Shown one piece after another: positions 1 through 8,439 of a DNA stretch of 64,000 bases. The stretch is from NCBI GenBank assembly GCA_015064485.1, contig SVSD01000003.1, positions 83,927 through 147,926 of the forward strand, given 5' to 3'. Source of the DNA: Oscillospiraceae bacterium. Its GTDB lineage: Bacteria > Bacillota > Clostridia > Oscillospirales > CAG-382. Position numbers and translations under genes: made by a program. The notes beneath the pieces were generated by a model. It saw nothing but the letters and a program-made list of their open reading frames with translations. It did no database searches and had not been told where the DNA came from. Position 1 is the first letter of the stretch; the number at the start of each line of letters is the position of its first letter.

Positions 1-693
1 AGCATCTCCGGTGTTTTTGTCAAAAAGCACATTGTTTATCTTTGTATCATTATGGGTAACACGAAGGGGAAGTTCGTTTGAGTCTACAAGCTCATTGAGT
101 CTTATTGCAACCGGGGTAAATTTTTCAATCTTTTTAAGCTCTTCCTTTACACCCTCAACTCTTTTGCAGGGGTCTTCCTTGACATGAACTGTAAGAGTAT
201 TTATTCGGTTTCTTGTGTTGTGGAAATCGGGGATGGTTTCATAAAGCTTTGTGGCATCAAAGTCGGAAAGCATAGTCTGGAAATTGCCAAAAGCTTTTCC
301 CGCAGAGCGGAGCTCGGAAAGATTATTTGCAGAGTTTATGGCAACGGAATCTGTAACATATTCGGAAATTCTCCAGAAGCCATCATTGTCGACATAATAG
401 TTATTTCCATCCTTTGTATGGGCAAAATGCATGACAAAATCACGGCTCTTTCCTTGAGATTCAAGTTTTTTCGATATATGTGAAGTGACACCTTCAATGT
501 TTTTCATAATAAGAGTAGGATTTTTAAAAACATAGGTGTTTATTTTCTGAAATACATATCTGTTTGTTTTTTCGCTGTTTTTGATTGTTACATCGTATGT
601 AGAATTAATATGTCCGTTGGGGATAACGCTTATATTTTCAACGGTTCCTTCAAGACAAAAAATCTTTGCCAGTTCGCTAAATTTTGTTATCAT
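1..693 (-). CDS. Partial (C-terminus off-window) aminoglycoside-phosphotransferase-fold sugar kinase, N-acetylhexosamine 1-kinase (NahK)-like
   Basis: Own translation of the minus strand from the ATG (rc of cat 691-693): MITKFSELAKIFCLEGTVENISVIPNGHINSTYDV...ELPLRVTHNDTKINNVLFDKNTGDA. The frame is open to the window edge, so it is absent from the ORF track. The HNDTKxNN catalytic-loop motif is typical of APH/NahK-type kinases. Confidence 0.55.
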   Translation of the reverse strand, partial: MITKFSELAKIFCLEGTVENISVIPNGHINSTYDVTIKNSEKTNRYVFQKINTYVFKNPTLIMKNIEGVTSHISKKLESQGKSRDFVMHFAHTKDGNNYYVDNDGFWRISEYVTDSVAINSANNLSELRSAGKAFGNFQTMLSDFDATKLYETIPDFHNTRNRINTLTVHVKEDPCKRVEGVKEELKKIEKFTPVAIRLNELVDSNELPLRVTHNDTKINNVLFDKNTGDA

Positions 694-754
694 ATTTGCT
701 TTGCGCCTTTCTTTTGGTTATCTTAATTGGATCAAAACAACTCAGCATTAAAAT

Positions 755-783
755 ATTATAGAATAAAGTAAAATCAAAGTCAA
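755..783 (-). promoter_or_regulatory. Sigma-A-type promoter for the kinase gene
   Basis: Minus strand reads TTGACT (783-778), a 17-nt spacer, then TATAAT (760-755). It lies about 60 nt upstream of the ATG at 693. Confidence 0.6.
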
Positions 784-1073
784 TCATAATACGCTTTAGT
801 GCAAAAAAAATAACAAATTGTGCCCAAAGCATAGGTGATAATTAATTTCAAATATTAATACTTGTAAAAATGCACAATAAAAAGGTTAGACAAAACAGGC
901 ATATCGTGAAAGCGATTCGTTTTAAAACTTTCGGCGCTCGTCTTGATGCTCCTTGTTTTACACCTACTGCGGCTCGCTGTATCCGCCGTATGGCGGCGCT
1001 CGCCTTCGTAGCCCTTGATCCCGAATTGGTTCGGTCAAAAAAGAAGCGGGAGGTTTGAATCTTACCCGGTAAT

Positions 1074-1107
1074 AAAAAAAGTCGGGACATAAGTCCCGAC
1101 ATTTTTT
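1074..1107. terminator. Bidirectional rho-independent terminator
   Basis: GTCGGGAC-ATAA-GTCCCGAC hairpin (1081-1100) flanked by an A-run (1074-1080) and a T-run (1102-1107). It sits directly downstream of tRNA-Pro on the minus strand. Confidence 0.8.
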
Positions 1108-1108
1108 A

Positions 1109-1185
1109 TGGTCGGAGTGAGAGGATTCGAACCTCCGGCCTCTTGGTCCCGAACCAAGCACTCTACCAAACTGAGCCACACCCCG
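1109..1185 (-). tRNA. tRNA-Pro (anticodon CGG)
   Basis: The reverse complement is CGGGGTGTGGCTCAGTTTGGTAGAGTGCTTGGTTCGGGACCAAGAGGCCGGAGGTTCGAATCCTCTCACTCCGACCA. It folds as a cloverleaf with a 7-bp acceptor stem, anticodon stem CTTGG/CCAAG with loop TTCGGGA, T-arm GGAGG-TTCGAAT-CCTCT, and an encoded CCA. Confidence 0.9.
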
Positions 1186-1204
1186 ATTGTTTTACAACAA
1201 AAGT

Positions 1205-1233
1205 ATTCTATCATAAAAGGAATTGTTTGTCAA
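1205..1233 (-). promoter_or_regulatory. Sigma-A-type promoter for tRNA-Pro
   Basis: Minus strand reads TTGACA (1233-1228), 17 nt, then TAGAAT (1210-1205), about 20 nt upstream of the tRNA 5' end. Confidence 0.7.
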
Positions 1234-1244
1234 GCATTTTATGG

Positions 1245-1278
1245 CAAAAAACTTCCCCGCAATTAACTTGCGGGGAAG
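1245..1278 (-). terminator. Rho-independent terminator of the giant gene
   Basis: CTTCCCCGCAA-TTAAC-TTGCGGGGAAG hairpin (1252-1278). On the minus strand it is followed by TTTTTT (plus-strand A-run 1245-1251). It lies about 30 nt after the stop codon at 1307-1309. Confidence 0.8.
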
Positions 1279-1306
1279 AAGTATATTACTTTTTATTTTT
1301 TAAAAA

Positions 1307-4300
1307 TTACTTAACTGTAATCTTCATAACATGACCGCCGTCATAAGGTGTACCGGAGATTACAAACTGAGGAATGATATGTTCTTCAGTTTCATCGGGG
1401 TTAGTACCTATGATTTCGGTGTAGTAATTTGAGTGCATATGACCGCAGAAAGCACCGTCAATGATGTCTGCGTTAGTCTTGATCAAATCATATACTTCCC
1501 ATGTTGCCCAGTCAGCTTCCTTGTTGCCTATAAACGCACCGCCTTCGCCTCTGTAGTTGTATGCGCCGGTGTCATTGCGTCTGATAGGAGTAACACTTAT
1601 TTCGTCAGGGTTGTTTGTTACAAGAGGAATATGATAGAACAAGAGAACATCATAACCATTTGCACGAGCTGTAGCAAGGTCATTTGTCAAAGGTTCGATC
1701 TGGTTTTCCCAGAATACATCAGAACCGTTGTCGATCTGGATGATCATAAGTCTGTCATCAAGTACTGTGGATGCATAGTATACATCGTGATTCCAGTTGT
1801 CCTGAAGCCACTGATACTTGTATTCGCGGGATGTATAGTCAACTACATCATTACGGTCTGTCTGGCAGAACTTAGAGGGATCGTGGTTACCGAGAGTAAC
1901 GAATGTATCGGGGTAAGTATCAAAGATGTACTTTCTTGTAAGTTCAATTGCGCCCCAAGACAAGTAGTCAAGAACGTCACCTGTGATAACTGTGAAGTCA
2001 CCCTGGCTTGCATATTCAAGGCTGCGAACTGTATTGGGAACAGAAGCGCCGTCTGCGAGCCATTTTCTTCCTCTGTAGGAAGACATGATAACTTCATCGT
2101 TATCTGCGAAGTCCTGAGCGTTAACATAGTTGAAGTGTGTATCGGAAAGCTGGAAGATTTCGAGAGGCTCTACATCTGTCTTGCCTGTTTCGATAGTGAT
2201 TTCAGATACTATCATACCTTCGCCTGCGCCGTTAAGCTGATAGAAATCTGTGAAGTAGGGAAGACCTTCGATGGATACAGGACTGTTGTCTTCAAGATTA
2301 TTTGTAGGAACAGTCTTAGTATTTACATCGGATACGGCATACTTTGCCTTAACAGTTTCCTTAACTGTATCTACGATTTCCTGGAAGTATTCGGAGTTCG
2401 CATCGCCTGCGTCAATACCAGCCTTTGCAACATTTACGATGTTTGTAGCATAGTAATCTGTGTAAAGTACCTTTTCAACGCCGTTAAGATCTGTATACTT
2501 GATGTAACCGCGAACTGTGAACATCTTGTTGTAGTTTGCTTTTGCAATGTCAGTAACGCAGACTGTGTATTCTTCATAAGAATCATTCTTCGAGAAGAGT
2601 TTTGCTGCAGGAACTGCCTTTGCTGCATAATCCTTACCGTTGTAGTTGTATACACCGTTAAGTGTGAGTGTGCCCTTGCCGAGAGCAAGAGAAGGAACGA
2701 TAACGCTTCCGTATTCGGAAATGTCAAGAGCATCCAAACCTGCGCTCTTTCTTACGATGAAACGCAAGCCCTGCTTTACATCAGTATCCTTGAGTCTTAT
2801 CTGTGCACCTGTGATTCCGAAATCTTCTTCGGTAAGGTCAACATACTGAGCCTTAAGGATTGTACCTGCTGTAAGGTTAAAGTCTGTAACAGCGTTGCCG
2901 TCAACATCGGACCAACCGATAAACAACTTGCCGTCTTTTGCTGTTGCGGGAGTAGCAGTGAGGTCGAGAGTGCAATCTTTATAAACTTCGATTTCTTCGC
3001 CTCTGTTGATGTAGAATACTTCATCAACAAATTCTACTTCGTAAGTACCGGGTTCTGCAACTGTAAGAACACCTTCGGAGGAAACATACTGTTTGCCGTC
3101 TTCGCGTGTAGCTACAGCTTCCATACCGCCGATGATGTTGAATACACCAATTGTATCTGTAGGTTCAAGATAGTTCCAACCATCGTTGTAAAGAGTCTTG
3201 AGGACATAGAGTCCGTAACCTTCAGCAAAATTGAATTCGGGAAGTTCGGGAACTTCAGTTGCGTAGTTTGCGATAAACTGTACTGCTGTTTCGAATGTGG
3301 GGAGATAGCTGTTCTTGTTTGTAAATGTGGGGTTACCACCAAACTTAACGATAGATACGGGTTTGCCTGTAAAGGTTGTTCCGTAGTATGTGAGATCTTC
3401 TCTCCAGTAACCGTCAGCACAGAATGTGATTTCGGGGTTACCGTCTTTAATTACAACAAGAGCACCGTCTGTTGTTCTTACATCTGTGTTGTAGTTGGAA
3501 CCGACATAAACAAGAGCGTCGGAGTAAATTGTGATTTCACCGCGTTCGCTGTTCTTGTTTTCGTCGTTGATATGTGTAGCAAGACCGAATGTACCGGGAG
3601 CAGCTACAACTTCCTTGCCTACAACAAATTCTTCAGAATTAGTATTGATGAACTTATAATCATCAGCATTGATTGTGATGTATTCGAGAGTCAAAGGACC
3701 GTTTGTATTGATAGAAGATGTGATTCTGATTTCAGAGCCGAAACCGTCGTCCATAAGTGTGATCATACCTGTATGAGCAGGAAGACTTGCAGCTGTGAAT
3801 GTGCCAACGATTGCGATCTTCTTTTCTGTGCCTGCAAGTTCAATAGCTTTGTCCATTGTAAGAACTGCTGTTTCTCTTGTAGTACCGTCGTTTTCATCGT
3901 TACCGTTTGCTTCATCAAAGAAGATAACGGAAATGCCTTCACGAACTTTCCACATAGAAGTAAGGTATGTGTCTCCTGTAAATTCCTTAAGTTCGTCGCC
4001 CCAAGCGAAATATTCGCCGTCGATCGCCCAACCTGCAAATTCGTGAACACGGTTGTCAGCAAGAGGAGGAGGACATGCAACCCATTTGCCCTTGGGGTAT
4101 TCGCCGAAGTATTCACCGTCTGCGTAAATTGTCATGAGTTCTTCAACGGGTTCTTCGTATGTGATTGTGTAAGTGCCTGCTTCAAGTGTGAGGATGCCGT
4201 CCTTCGAACGGGTAAGACCGCCACTTGTTGTGTCTTTAGCAACAGCATCAAGCTCGCTGTTAACTACGAATGTACCTGCAGTTTCAGTTACATCGATTGT

Positions 4301-7300
4301 GTTACCGTTAGTATCTTCAGAAGAGAGGATCCAGATCTTGTCTGTTCTGCCTTCGTCAACTATAGAGGGAACAGAGATAGGAGTTGTGCCGTTGTTTGCG
4401 ATAATCTGAACAGCACCGCCTCCGGAAGAGGACAACCAGAGAGTCTTATTGTTTTCGTGGATCTTGTTTTCGTAAGAGCCCTTATTTATAACGATGGAAA
4501 GGGGACCCTTTACCTTGGCTTCGCCAACACCCCAAACAATAGAACCGTTTTCGGATTCGCCGTTGAGGTATACAGTAACGGGAGTTTCAAATTCGCTGTA
4601 CTGATCTCCGCCGAGAATGTTAAGACCGTAGATACCGCCTTCATTTTCGATGGGAGAATTGAATATAACTGTTCCGCCGCCGCCGGAAACAGGATTCCAG
4701 CCGTTATCTTCACCGTCGTTACCTGTGAACAGTACTCTCATATGACCGGAGTAGATACCGTCATAATATCTGTCAGCGTGTTCATCAGCTGTCATATAAG
4801 CAAATGCCACATTTGTAAATGTTGTATCGTAGCCGTTAGTAAATACTTCTCTGTCGTACTGACGGTTTGCAACGATTGTGAGATCCTTAAATTCTGTGGG
4901 ACCGTTGAGGATGATATTTGTGTTGTGTCCGATCTTTGTAGACTGGAAGAGGTAAGCATCGGGTGTATAACCGCAAACTACGATCTTAGCTGCATGTTGT
5001 TCAACAATGCCGCCGTTCCAAGCCCAAGCTGTAAGTCTTCCGCGATGGTCAACAGGACCGCCGTTCCACTGGTTGAAGTTCCAGTCCTTTATGAGGTTAC
5101 CGTCTGCATCATACCAGAAGAAAGGATAGCCGTTAAGCTGATCTTCTGTGAGAGAGGTATCATTCATAATATAAATGTAAGCTGTATCATCAGCAGTAAG
5201 ACCTGCCGCATTGATAAGAGCTACAGCATCCGCAACTGTAGAAACGGGAGTTTCGGGAGTAAGACCGTCGCCGCTACCGCCGAACTGTACATAATATGTA
5301 TTTTCTTCAGCAGCTGTAGCTTCGAGCTTTGCAGTAATTGTGTTTCCGGAAGCTTCCCAAGAAACTACATGCCATCCTTCGGGAACGATGATTTCAGCAG
5401 CTTCAGCCTTGATTTCATCAAGAGATTCAGCAGAGTAAACATCATATGTTCCTGCGGGAACTGTAAGAACAGAATCATCGCTGTAGTATACTGTTAAAGA
5501 ATCTTCAGCAACAGCGTATGCGATCTTGCCGCCTTCAACTGTAAATGTGCCTGCAGTTTCTGTAACATCAAGAGTGATGTCAGCATCCTTTGTAGTGAGA
5601 GTCCATTTGTCACCGTAAACGATTTCGGGAATTTCGATAGGAGCAGTTCCGTTATTTGCGATAACCTGAATGCCGCCTTCTGCGTTGAAATTCGCAGTAT
5701 CGTATACTTTGTTTTCATAAGTACCGTTGTTTACAACGATAGAGAAAGGAGCATATGTTTTAGCAGAGCCTGTACCCCAAACGATAGAACCGTTTTCAGA
5801 AGCACCGTTAAGGTATATAGTTACGGGGTTTTCATATTCTGTATGTTCATTTTGCATACCGATAAGAACAAGACCGTATGGACCGCCGTAATTGTCGATG
5901 GGAGAATCAAATACGACCTTACCGCCCTTGCCGTCAACAGTGTCCCAGTTATTCTGATATACACCGTCGGAGCCGCCGAGCATAACTCTCATCTGACCGT
6001 CCCAGATACCTTCATAAACTCTGTCAGAGTACTCGTCAGCTGTTTCGTATGCAAACTTTACATTTGTAAATGTTGTATCGTAACCGTTTGTAAACAATTC
6101 TCTGTCGGCGCTACGAGTTGCAACGATTGTGAGGTTCTTGAATTCTGTAGGACCGTTGAGGATCATATTTGTGTTATGACCTATGCGTGTTGAATATGCA
6201 AGGTAAGCGTCATCGGTATAACCTGTGATAGTAACCTTTGCCTTGTATGCTTCAACGATACCGCCGTCCCAAGCCCAAGCTGTGAGTCTTCCGCGGACAT
6301 CTTTTCCGTTGAAGTTCCAGTATTCCATATCTTCGCCTGTTTCGCTGTACATATAGAAGGGCTTATCGCCAAGCTCGGAATCGTCGTTCATAACGAAGAT
6401 TTCAGCTGTATCGCCTTCGCCAAGACCTGCGTCGTTGATAAGTGCGATTGCATCTGCAACTGTTGCGACGGGAGTTTCAGCCGTAAGACCGTCGCCGTTT
6501 CCTGCGTGCTGTACATAATATTCTGCGTGTATAGCATCGCGGTCTTTAAAGTTTGCTGTAAGAATACCGTTACCGTTATCTGTCCAGCCATCGAATTCCT
6601 TAAGGGGAGCGGGAGCTTTCGGGTTTACAGCAGCCTTTACTTCATCAAGAGAAGCAGCACCGTATACTTCGTAGTCGCCTGCGGGAAGAGTGATTGTACC
6701 GTCGCCGTAGTATACTGTACGGCCGTTGTCAGCAGTAACATAAAGAACAGTTTCCTTGTCAGAAACAAAAGTACCTGCTTCGTCTGTTATGTCAAGGTCA
6801 AAATCGCCCTTAGCATAAAGAACATATCTTTCTGTATCGCCTGTTTTTTCAATAGAAGAAGCAGGGTAGAAGAAAGAAATATATCCGGGGATAGATACAC
6901 CGGGATTTACGATGATCTGCATTGTGCCTTCAACAACAGGACGAACACCGCCATCGACAACAAAATTGTTGATGGAAGTATTACCGGAAAGGATGATGTT
7001 CATATCGCCCTTAACGATTTCGTTACCTGCAGAAGTTGTTATCTTCAAATCGTTGATTGCGCCGCCGTTTATTCTCAAAGTAATATCGCCGTCGAGAGTC
7101 TGTGTCTGACCTGCGTCGGTATAACCCAAGATAGAGATATCCTTGAATACACTTGCGTCTTCAATTACAACTTCCTGATTGCCGGCATAAGTATCGTTGA
7201 ATCTACTTGCACCGATACCGAGATGAGCTTTTCCTGCTCCGTTTCCGTCAACAGCAAGAGATACGCTGTTGTCAGTACCGAGAGTGTAATAAATAACATT

Positions 7301-7849
7301 GTTAAATTCTACGCTGAATCTGTTCAAGACAAGGTCTGTCATTGAATCGTGAGTGTTTCTCATTTCGAGAATTGCAATGTTGTCGAAAATTGTAGGGCCG
7401 CACACTTTAAGATGACCGCTCCAGGAATTTTCTTCCCAGTTTCTGTGTGCGATTACGGAGCGAGCTTCATCAGAATAGCTTGTATATCTGATTGTAGCTT
7501 CGTGAGTAATGCTGACAGGCGCATTGCCTGCATCAATACCGTTGCTGTAACCGAGAACGATGTCGGAAGCAATAACATCGCCGTCTTCACAAATTGCAGC
7601 TTCGCCGCTGTCTATAACATAGACTGTGACTTCGTCGCCTGTTGTGTGTCCGTCAGCATTGATCGCTGCAATAACATCAGCAATCGATCCTGCGGGGGAA
7701 GCTTCCGAGCGTCCGTCGCCGGTTGCGCCCTTTTGAACATAGTACTCTGCAACTGCCTGATCTTCAGCAACAACGGAAAAACCGAATGTTGAGAGAATCA
7801 TGCAAACACAAAGTAAGACGCTCATGAGTCTTGCAAATCTGTTTTTCAT
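1307..7849 (-). CDS. Giant (2180 aa) secreted multi-module protein with a C-terminal calcineurin-like metallophosphoesterase domain
   Basis: N-terminal signal peptide MKNRFARLMSVLLCVCMILSTFGFSVVAEDQ. Four modules each open with a YYVQxGxxGDG / ANGNDENDG-type segment and close with a T(L/V)xAGxY motif. F-x-GW Listeria-Bacteroides-type repeats are present (FAGWAIDGEYF, FIGWSDVDGNAV). The last ~286 aa (nt 1310-2167) carry all metallophosphoesterase motifs: SDTH, TGDVLD, GNHD, YHIP, GHMH. RBS GAGGAA lies 9 nt upstream of the ATG. Confidence 0.8.
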   Translation of the reverse strand: MKNRFARLMSVLLCVCMILSTFGFSVVAEDQAVAEYYVQKGATGDGRSEASPAGSIADVIAAINADGHTTGDEVTVYVIDSGEAAICEDGDVIASDIVLGYSNGIDAGNAPVSITHEATIRYTSYSDEARSVIAHRNWEENSWSGHLKVCGPTIFDNIAILEMRNTHDSMTDLVLNRFSVEFNNVIYYTLGTDNSVSLAVDGNGAGKAHLGIGASRFNDTYAGNQEVVIEDASVFKDISILGYTDAGQTQTLDGDITLRINGGAINDLKITTSAGNEIVKGDMNIILSGNTSINNFVVDGGVRPVVEGTMQIIVNPGVSIPGYISFFYPASSIEKTGDTERYVLYAKGDFDLDITDEAGTFVSDKETVLYVTADNGRTVYYGDGTITLPAGDYEVYGAASLDEVKAAVNPKAPAPLKEFDGWTDNGNGILTANFKDRDAIHAEYYVQHAGNGDGLTAETPVATVADAIALINDAGLGEGDTAEIFVMNDDSELGDKPFYMYSETGEDMEYWNFNGKDVRGRLTAWAWDGGIVEAYKAKVTITGYTDDAYLAYSTRIGHNTNMILNGPTEFKNLTIVATRSADRELFTNGYDTTFTNVKFAYETADEYSDRVYEGIWDGQMRVMLGGSDGVYQNNWDTVDGKGGKVVFDSPIDNYGGPYGLVLIGMQNEHTEYENPVTIYLNGASENGSIVWGTGSAKTYAPFSIVVNNGTYENKVYDTANFNAEGGIQVIANNGTAPIEIPEIVYGDKWTLTTKDADITLDVTETAGTFTVEGGKIAYAVAEDSLTVYYSDDSVLTVPAGTYDVYSAESLDEIKAEAAEIIVPEGWHVVSWEASGNTITAKLEATAAEENTYYVQFGGSGDGLTPETPVSTVADAVALINAAGLTADDTAYIYIMNDTSLTEDQLNGYPFFWYDADGNLIKDWNFNQWNGGPVDHRGRLTAWAWNGGIVEQHAAKIVVCGYTPDAYLFQSTKIGHNTNIILNGPTEFKDLTIVANRQYDREVFTNGYDTTFTNVAFAYMTADEHADRYYDGIYSGHMRVLFTGNDGEDNGWNPVSGGGGTVIFNSPIENEGGIYGLNILGGDQYSEFETPVTVYLNGESENGSIVWGVGEAKVKGPLSIVINKGSYENKIHENNKTLWLSSSGGGAVQIIANNGTTPISVPSIVDEGRTDKIWILSSEDTNGNTIDVTETAGTFVVNSELDAVAKDTTSGGLTRSKDGILTLEAGTYTITYEEPVEELMTIYADGEYFGEYPKGKWVACPPPLADNRVHEFAGWAIDGEYFAWGDELKEFTGDTYLTSMWKVREGISVIFFDEANGNDENDGTTRETAVLTMDKAIELAGTEKKIAIVGTFTAASLPAHTGMITLMDDGFGSEIRITSSINTNGPLTLEYITINADDYKFINTNSEEFVVGKEVVAAPGTFGLATHINDENKNSERGEITIYSDALVYVGSNYNTDVRTTDGALVVIKDGNPEITFCADGYWREDLTYYGTTFTGKPVSIVKFGGNPTFTNKNSYLPTFETAVQFIANYATEVPELPEFNFAEGYGLYVLKTLYNDGWNYLEPTDTIGVFNIIGGMEAVATREDGKQYVSSEGVLTVAEPGTYEVEFVDEVFYINRGEEIEVYKDCTLDLTATPATAKDGKLFIGWSDVDGNAVTDFNLTAGTILKAQYVDLTEEDFGITGAQIRLKDTDVKQGLRFIVRKSAGLDALDISEYGSVIVPSLALGKGTLTLNGVYNYNGKDYAAKAVPAAKLFSKNDSYEEYTVCVTDIAKANYNKMFTVRGYIKYTDLNGVEKVLYTDYYATNIVNVAKAGIDAGDANSEYFQEIVDTVKETVKAKYAVSDVNTKTVPTNNLEDNSPVSIEGLPYFTDFYQLNGAGEGMIVSEITIETGKTDVEPLEIFQLSDTHFNYVNAQDFADNDEVIMSSYRGRKWLADGASVPNTVRSLEYASQGDFTVITGDVLDYLSWGAIELTRKYIFDTYPDTFVTLGNHDPSKFCQTDRNDVVDYTSREYKYQWLQDNWNHDVYYASTVLDDRLMIIQIDNGSDVFWENQIEPLTNDLATARANGYDVLLFYHIPLVTNNPDEISVTPIRRNDTGAYNYRGEGGAFIGNKEADWATWEVYDLIKTNADIIDGAFCGHMHSNYYTEIIGTNPDETEEHIIPQFVISGTPYDGGHVMKITVK
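4151..6526 (-). repeat. Intragenic tandem duplication: two ~408-aa (~1224-nt) modules of the giant protein
   Basis: Module aa 442-849 (AEYYVQHAGNGDGLTAETPVATVADAIALINDAGL...RLTAWAWDGGIVE...GHNTNMILNGPTEFKNLTIVA...) aligns by eye with aa 850-1233 (NTYYVQFGGSGDGLTPETPVSTVADAVALINAAGL...RLTAWAWNGGIVE...GHNTNIILNGPTEFKDLTIVA...). Aa 33-440 is a more diverged first copy. Confidence 0.85.
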
Positions 7850-8123
7850 GATTTACCATTCCTCGCTTAATAAAATGTAGTAGTTTTTTAAGTTCCTCTC
7901 CAAGAACTTTTGTTGAAAAAACAAAAAAGTTTTACGACTGAAAAAAACTTTTTTGCACGATGGCTTATAATAAACCTATCCTAATTTATATAGTACCAAA
8001 AAAAGCTTATTAAAAAAATGGACAAATCGTTGTATAAAATGGAGTAATGTAATATGGTAAAATGTATATTTGTAATGTGAAAAATGTACAAAAAAACACA
8101 GGGCAAATCTTTTTTTGCGCCAT

Positions 8124-8160
8124 AAAAAAAGAAAGGGGGGATTTTTTGCTAAAATCCCCC
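8124..8160 (-). terminator. Rho-independent terminator (minus orientation)
   Basis: GGGGGGATTTT-TTGCT-AAAATCCCCC hairpin (8135-8160). On the minus strand it is followed by a CTTTCTTTTTTT tract (8134-8124). It is the first convincing terminator downstream of the GH127-like gene. Confidence 0.6.
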
Positions 8161-8439
8161 ACATTATGGTAGTTTCAAGCCGTATACGGCGTTTTTAATA
8201 TTTTTTTAATTTTATGGTGTTTTGTTCTGTTTGCTTTCTGGAAGGAATATAATAAATTCTTGACAAATGAAAGATTTAATGATTATGAAAATTACTCTTT
8301 GTTGCTGGAACCCTTTGAAAATAGGGACTTTTAGCCTATTTTAAGGGAAGATTCGTTCAAACACAGAGGGCCTTTTAAGAATATATTAATCTTTTTTATA
8401 CATAATTCTGCTGAAATCTTCGTACAGAAAAAAGGAGCT

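Noticed and set aside
855-1073. Tried to identify the GC-rich island as tmRNA, SRP RNA, 6S RNA, RNase P RNA or a riboswitch
   Set aside because: It has no tRNA-Ala-like acceptor/CCA end or tag ORF (tmRNA). It lacks the GGAAGGAAGCAGC-type helix-8 motif (SRP). I could find no long closing stem with a central bubble (6S). It is too short for RNase P. No gene lies downstream on the plus strand, which argues against a riboswitch. It is kept only as an unexplained observation.
1433-5497. 1354-aa plus-strand ORF, the longest ORF after the giant gene, plus further plus-strand ORFs at 5843-6193, 6506-7345 and 7349-7792
   Set aside because: It is exactly codon-aligned antisense to the 2180-aa minus-strand gene. 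Its translation is Cys/Val/Phe-rich low-complexity sequence with no motifs, RBS or promoter. It is explained by the absence of TTA/CTA/TCA codons in the sense gene.
7976-8164. 62-aa minus-strand ORF in the giant-gene upstream spacer
   Set aside because: It has no RBS and a hydrophobic/aromatic junk-like composition. It overlaps the terminator hairpin at 8135-8160. It is likely non-coding spacer.
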